Below, piece by piece: positions 49,951 through 61,423 of a stretch of 64,000 nucleotides of DNA (the stretch's first letter is position 1; every line of letters begins with the position of its first letter). The DNA comes from Camelus ferus (Eukaryota). The notes below the pieces were generated by a model. It was not told where the DNA came from, ran no database searches, and worked only from the letters and a program-made list of their open reading frames with translations. Position numbers and translations under genes: made by a program. Where the stretch lies: assembly GCF_009834535.1 (NCBI RefSeq), contig NC_045707.1:53322001-53386000 (forward strand), in the 5' to 3' direction.

Positions 49951-51684
49951 GTGAGCTGCCATTTATGTTTTTGGGGTCCCAGCCTTCAGCACGTCCCCTA
50001 CCCCTGCGAGCATGTCAGTGTGGGGCTTTCTAGTGTGTCACCAGCTGGTCCCCTTGGTTCTAACAGGACTGCTGACGGGCAGCCTGAGAGCAAGTCCAGC
50101 AGGTCCTTTACCATCACTGTTCCTCGGACATTCAGTACAAGCAGGAGGGCGGTCTGGACATTTGATGGCACTTTGGCCACTCAGGAAAGGGCTCCAGAGG
50201 CCCCTGAGAAGGTCAGTATGGGCCCTGCAGGGCAGAGGATGCCCACGCAGTAGGCGTCACCAACTGCTCAGGCGAGGCTCAGTATTTGAAGCACCCACGG
50301 CCACCCCTGTGTGTAGCAGCTGCATGCCACTCCCAGGGAGAGCCAGATGAAGCATTGCTGGGACGCGAGGGGCCTGTCTGCTCTTGTTAAGTGACAGCTC
50401 CCGAAAGACGTGCAGTTTCAAACCGCCACGTAAAGCGTGCTGTGGAGAGTCACTGCCGTCTGCTCTGTCATTTGGCAATGAGTTCAGTTACTTGAACAAA
50501 CGTTTAAGGTGGAGAGTATGAATTAGGCAAACCACGCGGCAGAAAGTCCCCCAGGTCCAGTACGGCCAGAGGGACACTTAGAGCCTGTGTAGCTGCAGAA
50601 CACGATGGAATTCAGGCGAACGGTGCCTGTTGAGAATGCAGCCTGCCCGTCCTCAGAGGGATTCCTGCAGTCCGTGCTTGGTGCACGGTTCAGGCTCACC
50701 TCCTCTGCCTGCATCTAGCGCGGATGGGGGCTCCCCAACAGCCTCCCTTTACTGCTCAGTCTGGTGTGACTGGGTTCTTGTCACAGCCAACTAAACCAAG
50801 CACATTGGGACTTACCTGTTTTTACGTGGCCTCCTGAGGGGACAGAGGTTAGTAAGTGCTGTCCAGGTGTCTTTAGGCAGAAACTCAGGGCTCACAACAC
50901 GGGATAGGAGGCACTCTCTTCCGACCAGGTTTCCGGATAAGCTCCAGTGGCCTCCACTCAGACCTTGGGCGGCCCCCCGGGAAGGATGGGCAGTGGTCTT
51001 ACTTGCTGAGAATTGAGTGCGGGACCCTATCCCTGAGGAAGCAGACCTGGTCCACAGAAGACCGGGGGGCCCTACTGTAGTTCCCCAAGAGAGAGGAGGG
51101 ACAGGGGAGCTCTTAAAGGACAAGGCGTCCCCAGCAAGTGGCTGAGTGCCTGACACTCAGCTGAACTGTTCACCTGTTCAGAGAGAGCCAGCTCCTCCCT
51201 CCTGGGCACTGAGGGTCCGGTCCCCCAGGTCAGCCACTCTGCCTTTGAGACCCAGGAGGTAGTACGGGTCCAGGAATGTCACTCGGAGAGTCATCAGTAA
51301 TCCTGGAGGCCTCGGCCACACACAGACCTTCCACATCACGGAGGGAGTTCATGTTTGGTGCAGAGTTTGGAGGGACTTCTTACTCCCCCTGCCCTCGCTC
51401 TGTCCTGAGGGGATGAGGGGGTCCGTGTGGCCCCCAGCCCCATGCCTCCTCCCTCTTCCTCACCCCCAGAGCATGGCTGTCCCTGTTTGGGTCGAGCTTT
51501 TCATTTAGGTAACAGAATGGAGTCCGATAACATCATTCAAAGGATGATAAGCATTTTGGCAGGAATGTGTCTGCTGGTCATGTGGTCATCAGATGGACTG
51601 TGGCCAGCACGAGTGTCCCTGGCTCCTGCAAGTTAACGTGTGTGTTCTGTGGCTGCACAGTTTGCCGTCAGGGAGATCAGACCT

Positions 51685-54600
51685 CCAGCTTTCTTCTCTC
51701 TCGGATTGTCTTGGCGTTTGAGGTCTTTTGTGATTCCATACAAATTTTAGAATTGTTTGTTCTAGTTCTGTGAAAAAAAAGTGCCACTGAAATTTAGATA
51801 GGGATTGCACTGAATCTGTAGGTTGCCTTGAGGATTATGGGCATTTTATCAAACTAATTCTTCTAATCCATGAGCACAGAGTATCTTCCCATTTTTTGTG
51901 TCTTCAGTTTCCTTCATCGGTGTCTCGCGGTTTTCAGTGTAGAGGTCTTTCACCTGATGGGTTAAATTTATTTCTAGGTATTTTATTCTTTTTGATGCAA
52001 TTGTCAATGGTTTTGTTTTGTTTTTTTTTCATTTCTCTTTTGTATAGTTTGTTGATAGATTTCTGTATATTAACTTCATATACTGCAACTTTACAAAATG
52101 TATTGATGAGTTCTAGTGGTGTTTGGTGGTGGGTTCAGGATTTTCTATGTATAGTATCATGTCATCCACAGTGACAGTTTGACTTCTTCCTTTCTAATTC
52201 AGATTCCTTTTATTCTTACTGTCTAATTGCTGTGACTAGGGCTTCCAATACTATGTTGAATAAAAAGTGGCAAGAGTGGGCATCATAGTCTTATTCCTGA
52301 TCTTAGAGAAGATGCTGTCAGCTTTTCCCTGTTAAGTACGATGTCAGCTGTGGGCTTACCGTGTAAGGCTCTTACTGTGTTGACGTACGTTCCCTCTATA
52401 TCCACTTTGTTGGGAGTTTTTAATTGTTAAGTGGATGTTGAATTTTGTCAGATGCTTTTTTTCAGTATATATTGAGATGATCATGTGGTTTTTATTCTTC
52501 AGTTTTTCAATGTGGTGTATCATAGATTTGCAGATGTTAAACCATCCTTACCTTCCTGGAATAAATCCACTTGATCACAGTGTATGAATTCTATTTGCTA
52601 GTATTTTGCAGAAGACTTTTGCATCTATGTTTGGCAACGATGTATTGGCCCGTAATTTTCTTTTCTTTGTGGTGTCCTTATCTGGTTTCGGTATGAAGAT
52701 AATACTGGCCTTGTAAAATGAGGTTGGTTTCCCTCCTGTTCAGTTTTGTGCAGGAGTTTGAGAAGGACAGGAATTAAATCTTCCTGATTGTTTTGTAGAT
52801 TCTTCAGCGAAGCTTCCTCTTCATCCTGTGAACTTCCCTCTCAGAACTGCTCCTGCAGTGACCCATAGATTTTGGATCATGGTGGTTCCAAGTGATTTTT
52901 AAAATTTCTTCTTTGATTTCTTCGGTGACCCATTCATGTTGTTTAATGTCCACGTTGTTGTGGTTTTCCCCACTTTTCTCCGTGACTGATTTCTGGTTTC
53001 ACACAATTACGGTTGGAGAAGGTGCCTGATACGACTTTCACCCTGTTAAGTTTGTTGAGACCTGTTTTGCAAACTAGCATGTGATTTATCCTGGAGAATG
53101 TTCCATGTGTGCTTGAGAAGAATGTGTGTTCTGCTGCTTTTGGACGAAATGGTCTGTATATATCCATCTGGTCTAATGTGTCATTGAAGGCCAATGTTTT
53201 TCTATTTATTTTCTATCTGGATGATCTGTCCGTTGATGTAACTCGGGTATTAAAGTCCCCTGCTACTATTGTATCACTTTTAATTTCCCCCTTCGTGTTC
53301 ATTAATATTTGCTTTATGTATCTGGGTACTTCTATGTTGGGACCATACACACCTACACATTTATCAATATTACATCTTCCTGCTGGACTGAACCCTTTAT
53401 CATTACGCAGTGCCCTTCTGTCTCTCTTATTACAGTCTTTGTTTTATACTCTGATTTGAATATAGCTACTTCAGCTTTATTTTCATTTCCATTTTAATGG
53501 AATATCTTTTTCCATGTCTTTGCTTTTAGTCTGTATGTATCTTTACTTCTGAAGTGAGTTTCTTGTAGGCAGCATATAGATGGGCCTTGTTTTTTTTTTT
53601 AATCCATTTAGCCACTCTTTCTTGTGAATGGCAAATTTAGTCCATTTACATTTAAAGTAATTATTGATAGATATGTACTTACTGCCACTTTGATAATTGT
53701 TTTCTGGCTGTTTTTGTGATTCCTCTCTGTTCCTTTCTTCTTATCTTTCTATCTTTCCTTGCTTTTGGTGGTTTTCTTTAGTATTATGTTTACATTCCTT
53801 TCTCTTTTTCTTTTGTGTATTTACTGTAGGTTTTTCCCTTGTGGTTACAACGAGGTTCACATATAACATCATTTTGCCTAGTTCTGTGTTTGTTTCTATG
53901 TAGTAGGTAAATCAGCTACCTCTCCCAGGCTTGAAGGAGTGTCTTTACTTAGGAGATGTCCGGTGGGGCCCAGAGAGGCAATCTTGCCTGGCTGCCACAG
54001 ACAGGCACTCAAGGGGTGTCCCCTGCGTAGGCTGTGTGCATCCTGTGGTGGGGGACTGAGGCATGCTGGTGGGTGGGGTGGCCTCGGATCAGCTGTGGGC
54101 CCAGCCACAGTAGCTGCCAGGCACTGGTGGGCAGGCTTGTCACTTGGAGGGCTGAGAAGTCTGGCCGAGGGGCAGGGGTGGGTGGGGCTTCATCAGGACA
54201 CGCCTACTGACACTCACAGGTTAGATGGAGAATTTCAAAAGGGCCCCTACCTGGCGGGCATTAGCAAGGTAGCCTGAGATCACAGAAAGGGCTCCTGCAG
54301 TGACTCCGTCCCTGGGAGGCTTCCCACCTGGTTCCTGCCTCTCTGGCAGATGCTTCCACATTAGTAAGTAGGTCCCCTTCCTTCATAGTCAGTGCGCTTT
54401 TCAATCTGGTACTTTTGTCCTGGTTTTTAAGTTGAGAGAGCCTGCACCTGGGCCCTTGGAGGGTGGGTTTTCCAATCCCTGCAGTTTTGTAGTTTTCCTG
54501 GCCGTATTCCCTATTGGTTTTCCAAGCCAGGTTTTGGGGGGCTCATCTCTCTTGAGCAGAATCTGGGGGTTGGGGTTACTCACCTCATGAGGAGCTGGAA

Positions 54601-54840
54601 TCCCTCGCTCCTCAGGGCAGAGACCCATCCTTTGTGGTCCCTCCTGACTGGATCGCTGCGGCTGGGGGCAGTTTCCTTGGCAAGTATGTCTCTGCTTCCC
54701 CTTCCCATCTCCATGTTGTCCTTTTTCCCTGCTGTGGAGGCTGTTCGGCAGTTCGGCAGTTCCCAGGTCCCTTTCCGAGGAAATTATCCCACAGGCGGTC
54801 GTGGATTTGCTGTGTCCATGGGAGGAGGGGAGCTCCTCAG
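51685..54840 (-). mobile_element. Decayed L1, antisense: ORF2 portions joined to the 5' UTR
   Basis: ORF2 peptides FFTELEQTILKFVWNHKRP (51589-51810 -) and DTLDQMDIYRPFRPKAAEHTFFSSTHGTFSRINHML (52943-53194 -). ORF2 N-terminus VAVSTYLSIITLNVNGLN starts at 53688 (-). 53880-54840 resembles a laurasiatherian L1 5' UTR (ggatttgctgtgtccatgggaggagggg near the 5' terminus). Confidence 0.88.
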
Positions 54841-57800
54841 TAGGTGGTGCTGAACCGGACAGTCAGCAAGCGGGCGCGTGTCTCGCTGGCCTGAGCCCTG
54901 GGGCCCCTGGCAACCAGGAGAGGCGCAGGCTCTTCGCAGGAGGGTTGGAAAGACTCTTTCACTTATTTCGGAAGAACCGAGCGAGCTGTCTGGAGGAGGG
55001 AGGGTGTGAAGCTAATGAATCACTGCAGGGCGATTCAAGTGGAAGGGAATCTGTAGGTGGTTAACTCACTCCTGCCAAGTCAGCCAGTGATAGGGGAGTG
55101 CCGGCTGTTCCCGGAGGGCAGGCTGCCTGGGGACACAGCCTTGACCCCGGCTGAGCAGGTGCACCTGCGCTGGGAAAGGCCTGACTTTCCAGCGACTCGC
55201 ACTGGCAGGGCTGCGTCTGCCTAGAGGAGGAGCACCTTTTCTGATCGACAGGAAAGCCCCACGCAGGCTACTGGGCGGTAGGGAAGAGGCTTTCAGAATC
55301 AAACGCTCCCACTCTTACCTGAGTATAAGCACTGACCTGGTGAGCCCACAGAGGCGAATCCGGGCCTGGAGGGGCAGCGAGCCTGCCCTACAGATTGTGC
55401 AGGACTGCCCTGAGCCCTCCGTGGAGGCGGTGCTGAGCTCGAGGCCTGTAGGAGGGGTGGAGAGTGAGGGGGTGCCAGGAGCCACCCGGGCCCGTCCCGT
55501 GCCTGGCCAGAGCCCCCAGGCTTGCTGAGGACAGGCTGCAGCTCCAACACTGTGGGCACCGTCAGCACACGGGGCTCTGCCAGGCACGGCCGAGGGGATG
55601 TGGTGGGAAGGGGTGCCGGGGGTGCACCCCGTGGCCGCACTGGGAACAGGACAGAGTGACCAGGCCCGTTGCAGGGATGGAGAGCTGCAGGCGTCAGGTT
55701 GGGAGCCAGCCAGTCCCTCCTCTGCTCCAGTGTGGTCCCCCTGCGGCGTTTTCTTGAGTCAACTCTGAAGGAGCGGACGCCCAAGGACACGTTCCCTGGG
55801 CAGCACCACCCCCGCACTAGCCACAGGCAGATGTACAGAGCGCAACAGATGCCTACAGTCCCATGTGCTTCTGGCTCTCCTCCGAGGCACCGAAGGGAAT
55901 TGGGCGGGAGGGGCACAGCCTTTCCATGTGAGGCAGGTGTATTTACATCTGTCATCCCAGCAACACACACCCAGAGGTCCAACTTGAAACACTGAGACCC
56001 GAGGAGGGATTGCTCATTGGAGAACAAATTTAAAATAAAGATGAAGATAGCAAGGGCATTTGTGCCCCACACGGAGCCCCTGCTCCAGGCCCGCCTCTCC
56101 CCCCAGGTCCCAGAAGCCGCGTACTATACCACCTGCCTCTAACTCGCTGCTGCTGCATAAACACAGACTCTCCATCTTTTTGAGCCTCTGTTTGCTCAGC
56201 TGTGAAGCGGGTGGGGAACCCAGCCTCAGAGCTCACAGGGGGCGAAGGCAAGACCGTGACCAGTGTCAGCTCCCCACCCTCCACCCCCGTCCTGCCTCTG
56301 CCCAGGGCAGCCAGGTTGGGGGGAGCCCTGCATGCTGTCCAGCAAGCCCCACATGGCAGGCAGCTCCTCATAAATAAGGTAAAACCGAGTTCTGACTCTG
56401 CTGACTTTGAAGAGGAGGATGGCTCATTTCCCGGGGACCAAGGCATCCTTGGAAGTGACACCCAGGTTCCCTGCCGTTGTTAGTGCCCACCCGAGGGGCA
56501 CCAGAATCACTGGGCATCTGATAAATAGCTGAAACTGGGAAGGAAATACCACTTCCCACTGTTAAGAGCCTAGACGTCCCATGTGAGGAGGCGGACATGG
56601 AGTAAATCCAAATCTGTGTGCAAATAAGTTAATGACAAGGCTCAGCAGAGCCTGGGGTCCTAGAAGCGGGGTGATGCTAGTGCCCCAGCCCGAGGGACCC
56701 ACATTGGGTCCACACTGGGCAGTGGTTTCAGCCAAATTCACCTCTCAGTTGCCCGTTTTCTGCCTTTATTACATCATTAGGAGCCATGGTGTATTTATTT
56801 AAAGTAAAAATGGAATTTTGAAAGAAGACTTTTCTGACTTAAAGGTTAATCAAGAGGCTCAAAATCTGAAGAAGGTTCATTCTTATCATGATGGGGATTT
56901 TATCTTGTTCCTTAAATGGCTCAGGGACCCTACCTAGCACGTCGAGTGAAGGCAGTCAGCTCACCCCCAGAGACAGTCACACGTGTGATCGGACAGCGCC
57001 TCCCCGGGGTCATGCTACGCGCATGGCTTGGCCGGGGTCTGCCGCAGTTGCTCACACTTACCCTACTGTTAAAATCTGGGTTGAGCCCCGCCCTGGGGAA
57101 GTGGGTGCTGGTGGACACTGAGCCGGACGTGGGGGGCTGGGGAGTGGGTCCACCCTGGGCCATGGAGCCAAATGAGCCTCACGCTCGTTGCCTAGGGTCT
57201 GTCCTCTCTCCAAAGGGACAGTGCCTCCTCCTGCAGGCATCCCTGTGTCCACGGCTTCGCTCAAGTGGATGGTGGGGTGGCCCCTTAAGTCACCCAGGTC
57301 CCAGAGGCTGGGTAGGTGGACGGGAGGCAGAGAGAGAGAGAGACCCAGGCAAAGCCCCCTTTGCATCGTGTCCTGCCCGCCGTGCCCTGGAGGAGGGACC
57401 CTGGCCCCCAGGACTGGAGGCTGGTTGGTACCTGTGAAAAGAAGCTCTTTCCTCCCCCGTCTCCACTGCCTCTCTGACCAACCGCTTACCCGTCCACGTG
57501 TCCCGGCTTCTCCCTCCCCCAGCCCCACCACCCTCTCTCCTGGCCCAGGTCCCTCCTGGACCGAGGCCTGGGTCCTCTGTCTCCTCGATGTCAGCCATCC
57601 TCTGCCCCCAACCCCCAGGGACTGAGATTGTTTGGAGACCTCATGTCACATGCACCCTTGGGAGTCATCACCCCCGCTTGGTGTCCCCTTGGCCACTGTG
57701 CGTCACCAGCCACAGAATCAGAAAGACCATTCTCACACGATGAAGGGGCAGAATGAGGCAAACAAAAGGGTCTTCTGTTTCACTGTTTCCTTGCGAGCAG

Positions 57801-59049
57801 GCGGGTCACAGTCCCTCACACACCAGCTGCCCCTCTCTCCAACCTGCCTCCCACGTGAGGCAGCCTCGAGCCACATCTGGAGCTCTCAGGGGACTTTGTA
57901 GAGATTCCCGGTCACCCCCCAAGAGCCCCCTGAGTGGCACAAGCGTGAAAGCAGTTTCATGCCCAGCTCTCCCCTGGTCACCTGGTGGCGGCTGGATCAT
58001 GTGGGTCTTCACCCCAGACAACGAGGTCCTCCTGGTGGGGCCTCATTCACCCTCCCTGAGGCCCTGAGTCCTTCCTCCTGTCACTTTTGTCTTTAAGACT
58101 CAGTCCGTCTCTCACCCAGGGGGAGAGGGGGAGGGGAAGGAGCCTGAGCAAAGGAGGTGGGGCAAGGCCTTCCATGAAGAGGCAGAGGCGCAGGGTGGGG
58201 CGGGGCGGGGGGGGGGTGGTCAGGACGCTAGGTTGGGGGCAGGTTTTGTGCATCTGGTTTTACTGTATTTCATGGCCAGGACTTCTGTGTCCTGCGGGCT
58301 TCTCATCCTGTTCTAGCCTCTTCCTCCGAGGTCCCTCTGACCCAGGATGCCTCCCTTCTCCTCGCTTGACCCCAGCGAGGCCCTCCTGTTTCTGTGTCAC
58401 CTGCCAAGAAGGGCCTCCGGGGTCAGGAGGGTGCTCTGGGGGTCCAGGAGCTCCAGTCCCCAGAAGCCCACCCGGCAGGGGCAGCGTGTGCACCAGGCAG
58501 GTCCTGGTGGGAGGCCTGGGGGGCATGCCTCTTAAACGTGTCTCTGTTCCTCACTGAAGTGAAGCCCCCGCCCCCTTTCCTGCCGGGATCTGTGACACTG
58601 TTCTCTCTTCAGTCAAAGCCACCTGCTCCACAAACCCCCAAGGTAGCAAGGACTCACGAGTGGCACCCAAGGGTGGGGACGGGGGTCACTGGGCAGCTCC
58701 CAGGGTCCTGGCTGAGGCAGAGGCACAGCTCCTAAGCCCCAGGCCGGGGTTCACGCCACGAAATAGTTCAAAAAGGCTTAAAAGTAGAATTTAAATCATT
58801 AGTCACAGATCTATGGCGTCCGTAACCGGCTGCTTTTTCTTTAAAAGGGCCTCTGAGTCTCTTCCAGCTCAGCGGGTGAGCAGGGCAGGTGAGACCAAGT
58901 GAGGAAAACCCAGCCCCGGGCTGCACACGTAGCCCGTCTGTTTCCCCTAAAGCTTTCCCTTGCCCGGAGCACGGTGTCGGCAGAGGAGAACGGAATAAGA
59001 CGGCGGGGGTGGGGGGGGGGGGGCGGGGGTGGTGCTGCTTCTGGCACAT

Positions 59050-59640
59050 CCCCCAGGGCCTCCGGCCACTGGGCTCTGGGTCGGCGCAGGCCGTGCGGGA
59101 GCGCGGCTCCAGGATGACCAGGGGAGGCCGTCCCTTCCCCGCAACGCGTGCACCTGCGCACCTGTGCACCTGGCTCCGGCCTGCGCCGCGGGGTCGCGCG
59201 GGCGGTGGGCACCGGCGCGGCCCCAGCACCCCCTCTTCCCGCAGGTACCTGGCGCTCTACGCCTACAAGCCCCAGAAGAGCGACGAGCTGGAGCTGCGCA
59301 AGGGCGACGCCTACCGCGTCCTGGAGAAGTGCCGCGACGGCTGGTTCAAGGGCACCGCCCTGAGGACCGGGCTGTCGGGCGTGTTCCCCGGGAACTACGT
59401 GACCCCCGCGTCCAGGTGAGGCGTCCGCGCTGCCCACGCACAGCCCGGGGCGGCCAGGGCACCCCTGCCGCGGGAGCCGGGCGCCCCACCTTCCCCGTGG
59501 CGGGGAGAAGGCCTGGGGTGGGTGGAGAAGGCGGGGCCGGGGAGGGGGACGAGTCGCGGGTGGAGGTCACAGAGTGAGATCAAGTGGGCGCCCCTTCCAG
59601 TGCGTGTGCGCGTGAGTCCAGCGGGTGTGTGCGCAAAACA
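59050..59640. promoter_or_regulatory. Intragenic CpG island spanning exon 6
   Basis: Very dense CpG (cctgcgccgcggggtcgcgcgggcgg, gccgcgacgg, cccgcgtcc) compared with its flanks, plus a G13 run at 59011-59023. Confidence 0.75.
59245..59415 (+). CDS. SH3RF3: SH3RF3 internal coding exon (exon 6): SH3-3
   Basis: cttcccgcag|GTAC ... TCCAG|gtgagg; 171 nt, phase 2/2. YLALYAYKPQKSDELELRKGDAYRVLEKCRDGWFKGTALRTGLSGVFPGNYVTPASR is a canonical SH3. Confidence 0.97.
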
Positions 59641-61199
59641 CACGGCATTCACGTACCTGATGGAAACCGTTCATATTCTTCAAATTTAACAACTGTTATT
59701 GAGTGGAGCATTATGGGTAATTAAATTTTTTCTTCCTCCTTGTGCTTACCTGTGTTTTACAAATTTACCGTTGTTTTTATAAAATAGAAAAAGCAACTTT
59801 AAAAACTTGCTAGAGGTGGCCCAGAGTTGTCAGATGTTTCCACAGAGAGGAGGTGCACTGCAGGGTTCAGAGTCAGTCTCACTGCTGGGAACCTCAGAGG
59901 ACACGCGGGTCCACCGGAGACTCACCCCGGGGCTTCTGCCCTCCTTGCAACAAGACTTCAGTGCAAACAAATAATGCTCAGACCTGCACTGATGGCTGGA
60001 CTGATTTGTAATTCAGAGCCGTGGGAGAAGGGAGCCACGTCACCCACGGCCCCTCCCAAAAAGGCCCACAATTTGTGAGCCCAGTTAAATAAATTTAAAC
60101 ATTCATTTAAATTTTACACATTGTTTCCTGGGGTAAAAGTGAGTTTAACAGGCAGCAGTAGCAGATGTGGTTGAAAAAGGAATTCACAGTTTGAGCTGTC
60201 CAGCTGACAGTGTTCCCCGCCTCCCAGCAGATTTCCCAGCCCTAAGGGCCAAGGAAGGTGCTGCCTGTGGCCCTGGAAGGAGAGGCCTTGTCCAGGAGGC
60301 CCTTCTCCCCACAGCAGCTCTGCAGAGGCCCTGACTTCCCCGACTGGGGCCACCGGCAGCGGCACCCAGCCACCAGGAGGCAGGGCGTCCAGCCTGGTCC
60401 AGGAGCCACAGGCGGCAGTGTCTGCTCCCCTCTATGTGTGGCTCCAGGGACTCACAGCTGAAACCCTGAGGGGACAGAAGGGGAGTTTTCCTGGCTTTTG
60501 GACAAATGGGATCCCTGAGACTGGACCCCGGAGCTTCCCAGCCCGGACCTGGCCACACCTTGCACACTCAGAGCCAGTGCATAGTTCAGTGCCAGCACGT
60601 GTAGAAGCCATTGGAAGCTCAGTTCAGGTCCTGTGCTCCTTTGTGTTTCCTGGAAAGTCTGGAGTGAGAGGCATCTATTTTGAGTACCAAACGGGAGTTC
60701 CCTGGCATCCCTCAGAAGAGTAGGGCTTGTCTGCGCCCTTCCCTGGGGGCCCAGGAACAAGAAGGTGCGTCCAGAGGGAGGCCAGTCCTCACCATTGCTT
60801 CCCGCGTCGTGCCAGATTCATCTACACTGCTCCTGCTGCGTGTGTTTGGGGACACACAGCTGTTGGCTAGACTGAATCAAGGCAGCAGCTCTAGAACAAA
60901 ATAGCTTCATTCCTCTGTTTCTTGGAGTTCTTTTGCTGTTTCTTAAATATTCACTTCTGGAGACCGTGAAGGCTGTAAAGGAGCTCTGCTGCCCAACCTG
61001 AGCTCTGGGCACCACTTGCTTGCAGGGCTCACCTTGGTGGTATTTTACCCAGGGTTTGACTCAAGCCCAGGGTTTAACCCCTGGACGTTGTGGCCTCTCT
61101 CTCTCAGAGCCCCCGGGGATGGGCGGGGCTTTATCAGCGGCCTGAGTGGGGGGCTTTTACCTGTGTCCTCATCTGACTTCATTCTCTTTGTTTCCTCAG

Positions 61200-61423
61200 G
61201 GTTCCCATAGGAGGGCCTGGGCTACCCCGGAATAATGTGGTCGGAGGGTCTCCACTGGCCAAAGGGATGGCCACAACCCTCCACCCATGCGGTGGGAGTC
61301 TGAGCAGCCCGGCCACAGTCCAACACCAGGTCCAGCACCAAGAAGCCTCTCCCCCAATGGGCAGTTGTCTGCGGCACTCAGCCCAGCCGGCAGCCAGCCA
61401 AGCCCGGAGCGCCGCCCCCACCG
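61200..61423 (+). CDS. SH3RF3: SH3RF3 internal coding exon (exon 7): low-complexity linker after SH3-3
   Basis: tttcctcag|GGTT ... ACCG|gtacgt; 224 nt, phase 2/1. VPIGGPGLPRNNVVGGSPLAKGMATTLHP...ASPPMGSCLRHSAQPAASQARS has RNNVVGGSPLAKG and GSCLRHSAQP, which match SH3RF3 as I recall it. Confidence 0.92.

Noticed and set aside
23864..61423. SH3RF3 as a whole-gene pseudogene, or the locus being SH3RF1/SH3RF2
   Set aside because: All six exons have canonical splice sites, compatible phases (0,0,0,2,2,1) and no stops. Linker motifs ([31 protein letters not shown]) are SH3RF3-type rather than SH3RF1-type as I recall them.
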